The notes under the pieces were generated by a model that saw only the letters and a program-made list of their open reading frames with translations, was not told the DNA's origin and ran no database searches. The translations under genes and the position numbers were made by a program. From contig JAVJQW010000007.1 of NCBI GenBank assembly GCA_040218735.1, forward strand, positions 64,001 to 128,000: DNA of 64,000 bases, written 5' to 3'. Source of the stretch: Deltaproteobacteria bacterium (lineage in GTDB: Bacteria; Myxococcota; Kuafuiibacteriia; Kuafuiibacteriales; Kuafuiibacteriaceae). This document shows positions 37,790 through 48,103 of the stretch, piece by piece. Each line of letters starts with the position of its first letter. Positions within the stretch are counted from its first letter, which is position 1.

Positions 37790-38386
37790 GTGCGTCGATT
37801 CGAGACCATCGCGGCCTTCGGGCTGTTGATTTCGCTGGGTTGCGCGACCGCGCCGCCGCCGCCGGAGACGATACCGACGCCGGTCTCCACGGAGGCCAAC
37901 CAGCTCGGGCCGGGGGACGTCCTGGAGATCAAGGTCTTCCGGGAGCCGGACCTCGCGGGCACCTACCGGCTCGGGAGCGACGGCGAGATCGAGTTCCCGC
38001 TGATCGGGGCGGTGAAGGTCTCGGGCCGGATGCCGGAGGAGGTCGCGGGTGAGCTGAGGACGCGCCTCGCGGACGGCTACCTCGTGGACCCGCAGGTCAC
38101 GGTCTTCGTGAAGGAGCAGAACTCCCAGAAGATCCACGTCCTCGGCGAGGTGAAGAAGCCGGGCACGTTCGCGTACGAGAACGGCATGTCGATCATCCAG
38201 GCGATCACGTACGCCGGGGGCTTCACGAAGCTCGCCGCCGAGAACAGCGTCGTGGTGACGCGCGCCCGCGGGCCGAACGACCAACAGACCTTCAAAGTGG
38301 CGGTGGCCGACATCCAGAAGGGCCGCGCCAACAACTTCGAGCTTCGTCCGGGGGACATCATCAACGTCCCGGAAGCGATCTTCTGA
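37790..38386 (+). CDS. wza: Short OPX/Wza polysaccharide export lipoprotein (Poly_export + SLBB, no C-terminal OM helix)
   Basis: Lipobox LGC; 'LGPGDVLEIKVF', 'DGEIEFPLIG', 'VLGEVKKPG', 'AGGF', ends 'LRPGDIINVPEAIF'. Confidence 0.92.
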   Translation: MRRFETIAAFGLLISLGCATAPPPPETIPTPVSTEANQLGPGDVLEIKVFREPDLAGTYRLGSDGEIEFPLIGAVKVSGRMPEEVAGELRTRLADGYLVDPQVTVFVKEQNSQKIHVLGEVKKPGTFAYENGMSIIQAITYAGGFTKLAAENSVVVTRARGPNDQQTFKVAVADIQKGRANNFELRPGDIINVPEAIF

Positions 38387-38396
38387 GGAGCAGCCA

Positions 38397-40586
38397 GTGA
38401 ACAGCGAAACGCGTACGGCCGAACGGGCCGACTTGGGTTCGAGCATCGACCCGAAGGAGATCTGGCACGCCCTCGTCCGGAAGAAGTGGCTCATCCTCGC
38501 GTCGTCGCTGATCGTCGCGGGGGCCGCCGCGGCGGGGACGATGCGCCAGCCGAAGGTCTACTCGGCGATCGCGCAGATCGAGATCGAGCCGGCCATCCCG
38601 AAGGTGCTCGGCAATGACGTCGCGCTCGAGGAGCTCTCGGCGCGCTCGCGCTCCGAGCGCATCTTCAACAACACGCAGTACGACACGATCACCAACCGCA
38701 CGATGCTCCGCGACGTCGCGCAGCGGCTGAAGCTCTCCGAGGACGCAGACTTCAAGGCGACGTACGGCCTGACGCAGACCGGCGAGGCGCTCGACAAGGG
38801 CATCGAGCGCGTGCTGCGGAAGATGATCTCCGTGCAGCCGAAGACGGCGAGCCGCATCGTGAACCTGGTCGTCGAGGACCAGGACCCCTACCGCGCGACG
38901 AAGATCGCGAACACGCTGGGCGACGCGTACATCGATCACACCCTCGAGGAGCGCCTGGAGACGACGCGCGGCGCGTCGAAGTTCTTGGAGGAGCGCGTCG
39001 AGGAGTACGCCAAGAAGATCGAGAAGGCGGAGGCCGCGCTGCACGACTTCAAGGAGCAGCACCTCCTCGTCGACGTGTCCTTCGAGGACCGCCAGACGAA
39101 GACCGCGGAGAGCCTCGGCGTGCTCAACACGACGATCGTCCAGACGCGCACGAAGCTGATCGAGCTGCAGTCGAAGCGCTCGATTCTGCAGAAGGCGCTC
39201 GACGGGAAGCTCCCGATCGAGACGGTGCCGCGCGTGGCGGCGAGCGAGGTGATCGGTGAGCTGCGGTCGTCGTTGCTCGCGCTCGAAAAGCAGCGCGCGG
39301 AGCAGTCGACGCGCTACGGCGACAAACACCCGACGATGGTCGCGATCGACAAACAGGTCGAAGAGGCGAAGTCCGCGATCGACGCCGAGATCCAGGTCGT
39401 CATCGGGACCTTCGACAACGAGATCAACGCGCTCTCCGAGACGATGGCGCGGCTCGAGGCCGAGGCGTCCGCAGAGAAGGTCAAGGTCATCGATCTGCGC
39501 AAGGTCGAGCTTCGGTACGCCCAGCTGACGCGTGACTTCGGCACGCTGAAGACCACGTACCAGAACCTCCTCCAGCGGCGTGAAGAGGCCGGGATGTCCG
39601 GTCAGCTCAACTCGAGCTTCGTGGACTGGTTCCAGACCGCCGAGCCGCGGCTCGCGCCGATTCGCCCCTCCGTGCCGCAGAACGCGCTGATCGGGCTCGT
39701 CGCTGGCTTGATGATCGGCGTGTTGATCGCGATGGGCGGCGTGTTGCTCGACAACACGGTCCACGGCCAGGCCGACATCGAGCGTCTGGTGAACCTGCCG
39801 TTCCTCGGCGTCCTCCCGAAGATTCGCGAAGACGAGGAGGAGGCACGCGCGGCGGCGGCGTCCAACCCGAGGGGCGGCGCGCGGGATCTCTACATCCTCA
39901 GCCACCCGAAGAGCGGGCTCGCGGAGTGTGCGCGTTCCATTCGAACGAATCTGTTGTTCATGGGCACGGAGAAGCCGTTGTCGCGGTTGCTCCTGACGAG
40001 CGCCGGCCCGGCGGAGGGGAAGACGACGACGTCGATCAACCTCGGCGTCACGATGGCCCAGGCCGGCAACAAGGTGCTCCTGATCGACACCGACCTGCGC
40101 AAGCCGCGTCTGCACCGTGCGTTCGGCGTGTCGGGTGAGACCGGCGTGTCGAGTGTGCTCGTGGACGCCGCGACGCTCGACGAGGCGATCAAGTCGACGG
40201 ACGTCGTCGGCCTCGACGTGCTCCCGTGCGGGCCGCTGCCGCCCAACCCGGCGGAGCTGTTCCACACCGACAAGTTCAAGGCGCTGCTCGAGCAGATCGA
40301 CGAGCGTTACGACCGCGTGCTGCTGGACTCCCCGCCGATCGGCGCGGTGACCGACGCGGCGATCTTGTCGATGCTCGTCCACGGCACGCTCGTCGTGGTG
40401 CAGGCGAACAAGACCACCAAGGACGCCGTGAAGCGCGCCGTGCGTGCGCTGCGTGACGTCGACACGAACATCGTGGGTGTCGTGCTGAACGACTTCGACG
40501 TGGAGTCGGGTTCGTACGGCTACCAGCAGTACTACTACTACCGAGGCTACGGTTACGGAGACTCGGAAGAGGAGGCCAAGGCCTAA
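38397..40586 (+). CDS. wzc: Wzc polysaccharide co-polymerase with fused tyrosine autokinase
   Basis: Two TMs around a coiled coil; Walker A 'GPAEGKTT', 'IDTDLRKP', 'LDSPP'; Tyr cluster 'YGYQQYYYYRGYGY'. Confidence 0.95.
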   Translation: MNSETRTAERADLGSSIDPKEIWHALVRKKWLILASSLIVAGAAAAGTMRQPKVYSAIAQIEIEPAIPKVLGNDVALEELSARSRSERIFNNTQYDTITNRTMLRDVAQRLKLSEDADFKATYGLTQTGEALDKGIERVLRKMISVQPKTASRIVNLVVEDQDPYRATKIANTLGDAYIDHTLEERLETTRGASKFLEERVEEYAKKIEKAEAALHDFKEQHLLVDVSFEDRQTKTAESLGVLNTTIVQTRTKLIELQSKRSILQKALDGKLPIETVPRVAASEVIGELRSSLLALEKQRAEQSTRYGDKHPTMVAIDKQVEEAKSAIDAEIQVVIGTFDNEINALSETMARLEAEASAEKVKVIDLRKVELRYAQLTRDFGTLKTTYQNLLQRREEAGMSGQLNSSFVDWFQTAEPRLAPIRPSVPQNALIGLVAGLMIGVLIAMGGVLLDNTVHGQADIERLVNLPFLGVLPKIREDEEEARAAAASNPRGGARDLYILSHPKSGLAECARSIRTNLLFMGTEKPLSRLLLTSAGPAEGKTTTSINLGVTMAQAGNKVLLIDTDLRKPRLHRAFGVSGETGVSSVLVDAATLDEAIKSTDVVGLDVLPCGPLPPNPAELFHTDKFKALLEQIDERYDRVLLDSPPIGAVTDAAILSMLVHGTLVVVQANKTTKDAVKRAVRALRDVDTNIVGVVLNDFDVESGSYGYQQYYYYRGYGYGDSEEEAKA

Positions 40587-41602
40587 TGAAAGTCCTGGTG
40601 ACCGGCGGAGCCGGTTTCATCGGCGCGAACTACGTGCTCCGTCGTCTGCGGACCACGGACGACCAAGTGACGGTCGTCGACGCGCTCACCTACGCGGGCA
40701 ACCTGGAGAGCCTGCAGTCGGTCGAGAAGAACCCGGCGCTGAAGTTCCATCGCGCGGACATCACCGACGCGGACGCGATCGACGCGATCTTCGAGGAGGC
40801 GAAGCCGGACGCCGTCGTCCACTTCGCGGCGGAGTCACACGTCGACCGCAGCATCCTCGGCCCGCGTGTCTTCACTTCGACGAACGTGCTCGGGACGCAG
40901 GTGCTGCTCGACGCTTCGAAGAAGCAGGGCGTGCAGCGCTTCGTGATGGTGTCGACGGACGAGGTCTACGGTTCGCTCGGCAAGACCGGGTTGTTCACGG
41001 AGACGTCCCCGCTCAAGCCGTCGTCGCCGTACAGCGCGTCGAAGGCGGCGGCGGATCTGGTCGCGCTCTCGTACCACCACACGTTCGGGATGGACGTCGT
41101 GGTCACGCGGTGCAGCAACAACTACGGGCCGCTGCAGTTCCCGGAGAAGTTGATCCCGCTGATGATCATCAACGCGCTCGAGGACAAGCCGCTGCCGGTG
41201 TACGGCGACGGCATGCAGGTCCGCGACTGGATTCACGTCGAGGATCACTGCGCGGCGATCGACGCGGTCTTCGCGAAAGGCACAGCCGGCGAGGTCTACA
41301 ACATCGGTTCGCAGAACGAGCGGCCGAACATCGAGATCGTGAAGCGGATCCTCGCGCACCTCGGGAAGGCCGAGTCGTTGATTCGCCACGTCGAGGATCG
41401 CCTCGGCCACGACCGTCGCTACGCGATCGACCCGACGAAGACCGAGGGTGCGTTGGGCTGGGTCCCGGAGAAGAAGTTCGAGGACGCGCTACCCGCGACG
41501 ATCGACTGGTATCTCGCCAACCGCGACTGGTGGGAGCGCGTCCGTAGCGGCGCCTACCGCGAGTACTTCGAAGCGAACTACGCGAAGCGCCTCGCCGACT
41601 GA
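40586..41602 (+). CDS. rmlB: dTDP-glucose 4,6-dehydratase
   Basis: 'TGGAGFIG', 'DALTYAGN', 'AAESHVDRSI', 'STDEVYG', 'YSASK', 'CSNNYGP'. Confidence 0.96.
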   Translation: MKVLVTGGAGFIGANYVLRRLRTTDDQVTVVDALTYAGNLESLQSVEKNPALKFHRADITDADAIDAIFEEAKPDAVVHFAAESHVDRSILGPRVFTSTNVLGTQVLLDASKKQGVQRFVMVSTDEVYGSLGKTGLFTETSPLKPSSPYSASKAAADLVALSYHHTFGMDVVVTRCSNNYGPLQFPEKLIPLMIINALEDKPLPVYGDGMQVRDWIHVEDHCAAIDAVFAKGTAGEVYNIGSQNERPNIEIVKRILAHLGKAESLIRHVEDRLGHDRRYAIDPTKTEGALGWVPEKKFEDALPATIDWYLANRDWWERVRSGAYREYFEANYAKRLAD

Positions 41603-41620
41603 GCTCCGAGGACCTGCCTG

Positions 41621-42928
41621 ATGACGACCTTCGCGAAGCGCGTGCCATGGATCGGGGGCGCGCTCGTCGTGCTCGCCGCGGCGTCCGCCTTCGTCGTCGG
41701 TCCGTACGGGCCGCTCGGGCTGGCCGGTGTCCTGCTCGCGGTCGTCGCCGTCGGTGCGGTGACGCGCTACACCCCGGGGGCGCGCCCGCGGGTGGTCGTC
41801 GAAGAGGCGGCCGTCGAAGAGGGCGAGGTGTCGCTTCTCCCGTGGATCATCGCGGCGATCGGCGTGCGTTGGCTCGCGGCGCTCGCGTTGAACCTCTCGC
41901 CGCTGTGGCGTCAGTTCGCGCCCGACGCGGTCTTCTACACGCTCGCAGGTGAGGCGATCCGTGAGTCCTGGAGCAGCCCGAACGTCGACCTCGCGCTGTG
42001 GTTCGGCAAGTCGAAGGCGATCTTCTATCCGTACCTAAACGCGATCTCCCACGCGGTGTTCGGGTCGTCGCGGTACCCGCTGAGTTTCCTCAACGGCGTC
42101 ATCGCGGTGGCGGCGGCGTACAACTACGGGTTGCTCGCGCGCCGGATGTACGGGCCGCGTGCGCAGCGGATCGCGTTCATGCTGTCGGCGTTCTTCCCGT
42201 CGCTGATCATCTGGACGAGCATGAACATCCGCGAGAGCTGGAGCTACTTCGCGCTCTCGCTCGTGTTGCTCGGCGCGGATCAGCTCCGCCAGCGCGTGTC
42301 GGTGTCGAGCCTCGGGATCATGTTGTCCGGGCTCGTGCTGCTGTCCGTGTTGCGCGCGTACCTGATCCCGTTGGTGGGCACAGGACTCGTGCTCTCCTTC
42401 CTCGTGGTGCGGATGCGGCAGCTCCCGTACGCGTTGATGGGGCTCGCGGTCGTGGTGGGCGCGTTTGTCCTGTTCGGTGACGCGCTCGGCGTGACCGGCG
42501 TCCTCGGTGACGATCCCCTGGAACGTGTGAACGTCATGCGCCACCAGCTCGCGTTCGGCGGATCGGCGTACGGCAGCGACGTCGACACCTCCACGCCGAT
42601 GGGCGCGCTCACCTATCTGCCGCTCGGGATCTCGCGGTTCCTGCTCTCGCCGTTTCCCTGGAACATCTCGAGTTGGCGTCAGCTCATCGCGCTCCCCGAG
42701 TCGATCGCGTTCGCCTACGTCCTCTACTACGGCATCCGCGAAGCCATCCGCACCGGGTGGCGCGAGTCGTCGAAGGGCGCGCTGTTGATCTTCGTCCTCG
42801 CCGTCACGGTGTGTGCGTACGGCCTGGCCTCGGGCAACGAAGGCACCGCGTACCGCCACCGCGGTCAGATCGTGTTCATGGTGTTCGTGCTCGCCGGTGG
42901 CGCGTTCACTCGCCGTCGCTCGTCGTGA
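41621..42928 (+). CDS. Polytopic membrane protein, probable Wzy polymerase / GT-C
   Basis: About 11-12 TMs; 'PDAVFY', 'NIRES', 'NEGTAYRHR'; position within the EPS operon. Confidence 0.7.
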   Translation: MTTFAKRVPWIGGALVVLAAASAFVVGPYGPLGLAGVLLAVVAVGAVTRYTPGARPRVVVEEAAVEEGEVSLLPWIIAAIGVRWLAALALNLSPLWRQFAPDAVFYTLAGEAIRESWSSPNVDLALWFGKSKAIFYPYLNAISHAVFGSSRYPLSFLNGVIAVAAAYNYGLLARRMYGPRAQRIAFMLSAFFPSLIIWTSMNIRESWSYFALSLVLLGADQLRQRVSVSSLGIMLSGLVLLSVLRAYLIPLVGTGLVLSFLVVRMRQLPYALMGLAVVVGAFVLFGDALGVTGVLGDDPLERVNVMRHQLAFGGSAYGSDVDTSTPMGALTYLPLGISRFLLSPFPWNISSWRQLIALPESIAFAYVLYYGIREAIRTGWRESSKGALLIFVLAVTVCAYGLASGNEGTAYRHRGQIVFMVFVLAGGAFTRRRSS

Positions 42929-44112
42929 CCGACACCATCGTCTACCTCAGCTGCGACGGTGCGTTGCAGCCGTTGGGTTTCAGTCAGGTCGTGCGCCCGG
43001 TGCTCGGGCTCGCGGCGCGCGGGTGGCGGTATCGGTTGCTGACGCTCGAGCGCGCCGAGGATCTCGCCGACGCGTCGCGCGTGGCCACGTTGCGGGAGCG
43101 GTTGGTCGAGGCAAACGTCGAGTGGACCGCGCTGCCGTACCGACGCGGTTACGGGCCGCTCTCCGCCGGCGTGAACATCGCGCACCCGGTCGCGGTGCTC
43201 ACGCGGCTCTCGCGCGGTGCGCGGCTCGTGCACGCGCGCAGCTACGTCGGCGCGATCATCGCGCGCGCCGCGCAGCAGGTGACGGGGGTACCGTACCTGT
43301 TCGACACCCGCGGCTTCTGGTTCGACGAGCGGCGCGAGCAGGGGCGGTGGTTCGCGAACGACGCCGTGTTCGACGCGGCCAAACGCTTGGAGCGACGGCT
43401 GTACGCGGACGCCGCGGGCGCGGTGAGCCTCACGCAGCTCGGCGCGGACGACATCGCGGGCGGTGCGTTCGGGCGGTGGGGCGACAAGCCGGTGGCGGCG
43501 ATCCCGACCTGCGTCGACCAGGCGGAGTTCACGATGCACCGCACCCGCCGGCCCGAGCTCGCGGACCGGTTGGTGATCGCGTGGGTCGGCTCGATCAACA
43601 ACTGGTACTTCATCGACGAGGGCCTCGCGCTGTTCTCTCGCATCCGGGCGCGAGAGCCGCGCGCTCACCTGTTGTGGCTGACGCCGCAGGTCGACGCCGC
43701 GACCGAGCGCGTTCGTACCCACGGCATCACCGACTTCACCGTGACCGCCGCGCAGCACGACGCGATGCCGGCGTGGATGGGCACGATCGACTGGGGGTTG
43801 TTGCTGCTGGTCGAGACGTACGCGAAGCGGGCGTCGATGCCGACGAAGCTCGCGGAGTTCCTCGCGAGCGGCGTGCGCCCGATCCACTTCGGCTGCAACG
43901 CGGAGGTCGGCGCGTGGGTCGACCGAACGCGGAGCGGGATCTCGGTGCCGTCGCTCGACGGGCGCTCGCTCGACGCGGCGGCGGGGCGTGTTGCGGAGAT
44001 CGGGCGGAGCGACGCGGGTCTCGAAGCGGCGCGCTCGATCTCCGCGGAGCACTTCTCCCTCGCGGCGGGTGTCGATCGTTACGACGCGCTGCTACGCGAG
44101 GTGACGTCGTGA
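42925..44112 (+). CDS. GT4 glycosyltransferase
   Basis: GTGA-coupled start; 'VHARSY', 'FDTRGFW', 'PTKLAEFLASG'. Confidence 0.88.
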   Translation: MTDTIVYLSCDGALQPLGFSQVVRPVLGLAARGWRYRLLTLERAEDLADASRVATLRERLVEANVEWTALPYRRGYGPLSAGVNIAHPVAVLTRLSRGARLVHARSYVGAIIARAAQQVTGVPYLFDTRGFWFDERREQGRWFANDAVFDAAKRLERRLYADAAGAVSLTQLGADDIAGGAFGRWGDKPVAAIPTCVDQAEFTMHRTRRPELADRLVIAWVGSINNWYFIDEGLALFSRIRAREPRAHLLWLTPQVDAATERVRTHGITDFTVTAAQHDAMPAWMGTIDWGLLLLVETYAKRASMPTKLAEFLASGVRPIHFGCNAEVGAWVDRTRSGISVPSLDGRSLDAAAGRVAEIGRSDAGLEAARSISAEHFSLAAGVDRYDALLREVTS

Positions 44113-45224
44113 AGCTGCTCGTCCTCACGTCCTACCCCGACCAGGCGGCGTGCACGCGGTTCAGGATCTCCGCGTTCATACCGGCGCTGGAGCGCGCCGG
44201 GATCGAGGTGCGCTCCGAGCCGTTCCTCGACAGCGATCTCTTCTCGACGTTCTACCGCGCGGGTTACCGACGGAAGAACGCGCTCGGCGTGGCGCGTGCG
44301 ATCGCCTCGCGCGTCGTGACCACGTTGCGCGCGCGACGGTACGACGGCGTGTTCGTGCAGCGCGAAGCCGCGCTCCTCGGGCCGGCCGTCACCGAGGAGC
44401 TCCTCGCGCGCGGGCTTCGGCTGCCTCTGATCTACGACATCGACGATGCCGTGTGGCTCGCCGGCCAGGGGGCCTCGACGAACGCTACCCGCTACCCGCT
44501 CCTGTCGCGGTTGCTGAAGGCGCCGAGCAAGTCGCTCCGATTGCTGAGCTTCGCGACGACGGTGATCGCCGGGAGCCGCTACCTCGCCGACTTCGCGTCG
44601 CGGTACTGCGCGCGCACCGAGATCATCCCGACGGTCGTCTCGCGCGAGACGTGGCGCCCGCTCCCCGGTCGGCTCGAGACCGCCGCGCTGTCGACGCCGC
44701 CGGTGATCGGGTGGATCGGTACCCACTCCACCGCTCCGCAGCTCGCGCTCGTGGCTCCGGCGCTCGCGAAGCTCCGCGCCGAGGGGCGCGAGTTCTCGGT
44801 GCGGGTGATCGGCGCCGGCGAGGACTTCACGCTCGACGGTGTCGAGCTCGACCGACGCCCCTGGTCGAAGGATCGGGAAGTGACTGAATTTCAGTCGCTC
44901 GACGTCGGCATCGCTCCGATGTTCAAAGACGAGTGGTCGGAGGGGAAGTGCGGCTTCAAACAGCTGCAATACATGGCCGTGGGGGTCCCGATGGTCACCT
45001 CCGTCGCCGGGGGCGCGCGCGACTTCGTCACCCACGGACAGAATGCGCTCGTCGCCGAGACCGAAGACGACTGGTATCCGCACCTCGCGGCGCTCCTCGA
45101 CGACGCAGCGCTACGGCGCCGCCTCGCCACGAATGGCCGTCAGCTGGTCGAAACGAGCTACTCCCGGGAGGCGGTCGAAGACCGCTTCGTCGCGATCGTT
45201 CGTGACACACTCGGGCGTACATGA
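44109..45224 (+). CDS. GT4 glycosyltransferase
   Basis: GTGA-coupled; 'YDIDDA', 'IGWIG', 'GKCGFKQLQYMAVG'. Confidence 0.88.
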   Translation: MKLLVLTSYPDQAACTRFRISAFIPALERAGIEVRSEPFLDSDLFSTFYRAGYRRKNALGVARAIASRVVTTLRARRYDGVFVQREAALLGPAVTEELLARGLRLPLIYDIDDAVWLAGQGASTNATRYPLLSRLLKAPSKSLRLLSFATTVIAGSRYLADFASRYCARTEIIPTVVSRETWRPLPGRLETAALSTPPVIGWIGTHSTAPQLALVAPALAKLRAEGREFSVRVIGAGEDFTLDGVELDRRPWSKDREVTEFQSLDVGIAPMFKDEWSEGKCGFKQLQYMAVGVPMVTSVAGGARDFVTHGQNALVAETEDDWYPHLAALLDDAALRRRLATNGRQLVETSYSREAVEDRFVAIVRDTLGRT

Positions 45225-45263
45225 ACGTCGCGTCCACCGCGTGACCCTGGCTACAATCAACCC

Positions 45264-48080
45264 ATGCGGTGGGGAGCACTCGGCGTCGTCGCTGCGCTTG
45301 CCACCGCTTGCCTCGATCCGCTCCCGCTCGCCGGAAGTGCATGTCCGTGCGCGGATGGATTTCAGTGCTGCCCCAATACGAACACCTGTGAAATCGATTG
45401 CGGATCCGATCGCGACGCGGGTCGCCGCGACACCGGCGTGCGCGACGCGGGTCGCGACGGCGGTGAACGTGACGCGGGTCGTGACGGCGGTGAGCGCGAC
45501 GCCGGTCGCGACGCCGGACCGAGAGGGGTCGACGCGGGCTTCCTCGACGGCGGCGCGCTCCCCGACGCCGGCATGCCCCCGGACAGCATCGGACCGTGGA
45601 CGTGGTCCAACATCCGCGGCACCACGGATCGAAGCGCCAACTTCACGACGACGTGGACCGGCCACGAAGTGTTGATGGTCGGCGGCCGTCAGCTCGGGCT
45701 CTGCACGATCTATCACGACCGCTACAACCCCTGGACCGACACCTGGCGCCGCTTCTCGATCGACTTCGTGTCCCGCGGCGGACACGCCTCGCTGTGGACC
45801 GGCGATCGTTACCTCGCGTGGGGCGGCGACGTGTGCGCGCTCTCGGACGACACCTTCGCCAACGGCGCCCTCTGGGATCCGTTCGGGCACACCACCACCC
45901 CGATCCCCGACGCACCGGGCGCGGCGTCGTTCCCCGTCGCGCTGTGGTTGGGGGACGCGCTCTTCGTGCACGGCGGCGAGTGCAACGCGACGTCGTGTCT
46001 GGAGCGCGGCGCGATCTACGACCCGGCGGCCGAGCAGTGGCGCTCCGTCGCCGCCGAAGGGGGGCCCGCGCCGTTCCAAGGTCGACGCACCGCCCAGTGG
46101 AACGGGAACGAGGTGATGATCTGGGGCGGCACCGTCGAGTCCTCCGGCCGCTACTTCCCCGCGGTCGACGCGTGGCAGTCGTTCCCCGAGCCGAGCTTCA
46201 CGCTCGGCGCCGGCCCCTCGGTGTGGACCGGCACGGAGCTGATCGTCTGGGACGGCATCACCGGCGGTCGCTTCGATCCGCGCACCGCGACGTGGGTCGA
46301 GACCGCCCGCGTCGGCGCCCCGGTCGGCGTCACCAACCCGCAGGCCGTGTGGACCGGCGTCGAGATGATCCTCCTCGGCGAGGACGGCGGCGCGCACTAC
46401 GACCCCGCGGCGGATCGCTGGCGCCCGGTCACCGAGAACAACGCGTACTACGCGAACTCCAACGCGAAGATCGTGTGGACGGGACGCGACGTGGTCGTAA
46501 TCGGGTCGACCGTCTCCGGTACCCACGGTGCGCGCTACGGGCCGCGCCTCTCCGGGGACGCCGCGTGTGACGGCGGCGGTCCGCCGCTCGCCGTGCAGAT
46601 CCGTCGCCCGACGGCGCGCGCGATCGCCGACGGCGTCATCCCCCTGCAGGCCGTCATCGACACCAGCGTCTCGGTGCAGCGCGTGAGCTGGTTCCTCGAC
46701 GACACCCTCGTCGCGAACAGCGAGAGCGCCACACTCGATCTCGGCAGCGCGACCTTCGGACCGCACACGTTGAAGTTCGAAGTGCAGGGCACGACGAGCA
46801 CCGTCTGCGACTCGCGCACGATCTTCGTCGACGAAGCGCCTCAGCTCGACGTCACGATGCCCGTCGACGACGAAGTCGCGACCCCCGACCTCCTCGTCGC
46901 CGCGACGTGTACGGACAACGGCCCGGAGGGCTGCACGTTGCGGGTGACCGTGCCGATCGATCCGCAGGGCTCCTTCCTCGGCGAGGACGTCGTCCTCGCG
47001 AGCTCTCCCGGCGCGGGCGTCCTCATGGCGTCCGCCGATCTCTCGGCGTACGAGGGCCGCGAGATCACGCTCGTGATCGAAGCGACCGATGCGTTCGGGA
47101 TGCGCACGGCCGTGGAGCGTCGCGTCTTCGTCGAATCCAACCCGGCGCTGCTCCCGCACGCGACGGTCGAAGACGATCTCTGCGACGTCACGCTCGGTCG
47201 GGTCCTCACCGCGGACCCCACTGGGTTCACGTTCGCCCCCGTCGGCGCCGGCGCTTCGCTCGTGGTCCCGACCGCGCAGGCCCCGAACTGCGCGACCAGC
47301 CGCATCGTCCCGCCGCAGGACGCGGTCCTCCAGGCGGGCTCGCAGATCACCGACGTCGGCGACGACACCGTACGCGGCACGTTCGCGTCGGGCGGCATCC
47401 GCGTCGCCGGCGATTCGATCGTGAGCGTCAACGGCTTCTCCCTCGAACGCCGACGCCCGCGTGTCGGCCTCGTCGAGGTCGTCGGCGACGAACCGTACCC
47501 GGGCGAGGGCTACGACATCGCGCCGAACGGCGACGTCTTCCACGTCGCGCGCGACGGCACCATCGCGCTCACGCCGGTCGGCACCACGACGCCCACCACC
47601 CTCGGTGCGCTCCCGCCGCCCGGACCGCTCGTCGGCATGGTCGCCTCCGACGCGTGGGGCCTGTGGCGCCGCCGCACGTCGACCACGACGTGGACGCTCG
47701 AGCTCTCCGACGGCACCACGACCCAGACGCTCACAGGACCCGCCGAATACGGGGCCGCCGGCCCACGTCGCGATCGCGACTATCGCGTGGCCGGTGCCTG
47801 GGTCGCGTTCGAGGGGCCCGACGCGCTCGCCATCACGCAAGTGTGGTTGCGCCGGCTGGACGGCACGGTGCTCAATGCGTCCGACACGGCGTCGGACGCG
47901 GCGCTCGTCGGTCTCGCCGCCGACGGTGGCGTGATGTTCGCGCATCAAGACCGCCTGACGCTCTTCGATCCGGCCACCGAGACGCGCAGCGACGTGGGAA
48001 GCACGAACGCCCAGGTCATCCGCAGCGACGGCACCTGGTTCCTCCGCTACGGGCGCCAGATCTTCCGGTTGAACCCCTGA
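45264..48080 (+). CDS. Kelch-repeat lipoprotein with Ig-like domains and a second propeller-like region
   Basis: Lipobox 'ATAC'; repeated 'WTG.E.(M/L)(I/V)WGG...YDP...W' Kelch units; 'VSWFLDD' Ig-like segment. Confidence 0.83.
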   Translation: MRWGALGVVAALATACLDPLPLAGSACPCADGFQCCPNTNTCEIDCGSDRDAGRRDTGVRDAGRDGGERDAGRDGGERDAGRDAGPRGVDAGFLDGGALPDAGMPPDSIGPWTWSNIRGTTDRSANFTTTWTGHEVLMVGGRQLGLCTIYHDRYNPWTDTWRRFSIDFVSRGGHASLWTGDRYLAWGGDVCALSDDTFANGALWDPFGHTTTPIPDAPGAASFPVALWLGDALFVHGGECNATSCLERGAIYDPAAEQWRSVAAEGGPAPFQGRRTAQWNGNEVMIWGGTVESSGRYFPAVDAWQSFPEPSFTLGAGPSVWTGTELIVWDGITGGRFDPRTATWVETARVGAPVGVTNPQAVWTGVEMILLGEDGGAHYDPAADRWRPVTENNAYYANSNAKIVWTGRDVVVIGSTVSGTHGARYGPRLSGDAACDGGGPPLAVQIRRPTARAIADGVIPLQAVIDTSVSVQRVSWFLDDTLVANSESATLDLGSATFGPHTLKFEVQGTTSTVCDSRTIFVDEAPQLDVTMPVDDEVATPDLLVAATCTDNGPEGCTLRVTVPIDPQGSFLGEDVVLASSPGAGVLMASADLSAYEGREITLVIEATDAFGMRTAVERRVFVESNPALLPHATVEDDLCDVTLGRVLTADPTGFTFAPVGAGASLVVPTAQAPNCATSRIVPPQDAVLQAGSQITDVGDDTVRGTFASGGIRVAGDSIVSVNGFSLERRRPRVGLVEVVGDEPYPGEGYDIAPNGDVFHVARDGTIALTPVGTTTPTTLGALPPPGPLVGMVASDAWGLWRRRTSTTTWTLELSDGTTTQTLTGPAEYGAAGPRRDRDYRVAGAWVAFEGPDALAITQVWLRRLDGTVLNASDTASDAALVGLAADGGVMFAHQDRLTLFDPATETRSDVGSTNAQVIRSDGTWFLRYGRQIFRLNP
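45411..45520 (+). repeat. Coding low-complexity repeat RDAG / RDAGRDGGE
   Basis: Repeated CGCGACGCGGGTCG units encoding a DAG linker. Confidence 0.75.
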
Positions 48081-48103
48081 CCGTTTTCACGTTCTCATGC
48101 GCC

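Noticed and set aside
37790-38386. Short Wza as a truncated pseudogene or a novel system
   Set aside because: Short OPX plus a separate beta-barrel is an established myxobacterial architecture (EpsY/EpsX).
45411-45520. Repeats as a CRISPR array
   Set aside because: In-frame, degenerate at third codon positions, no unique spacers and no cas genes. The same applies to the Cys repeats at 11965-13340.
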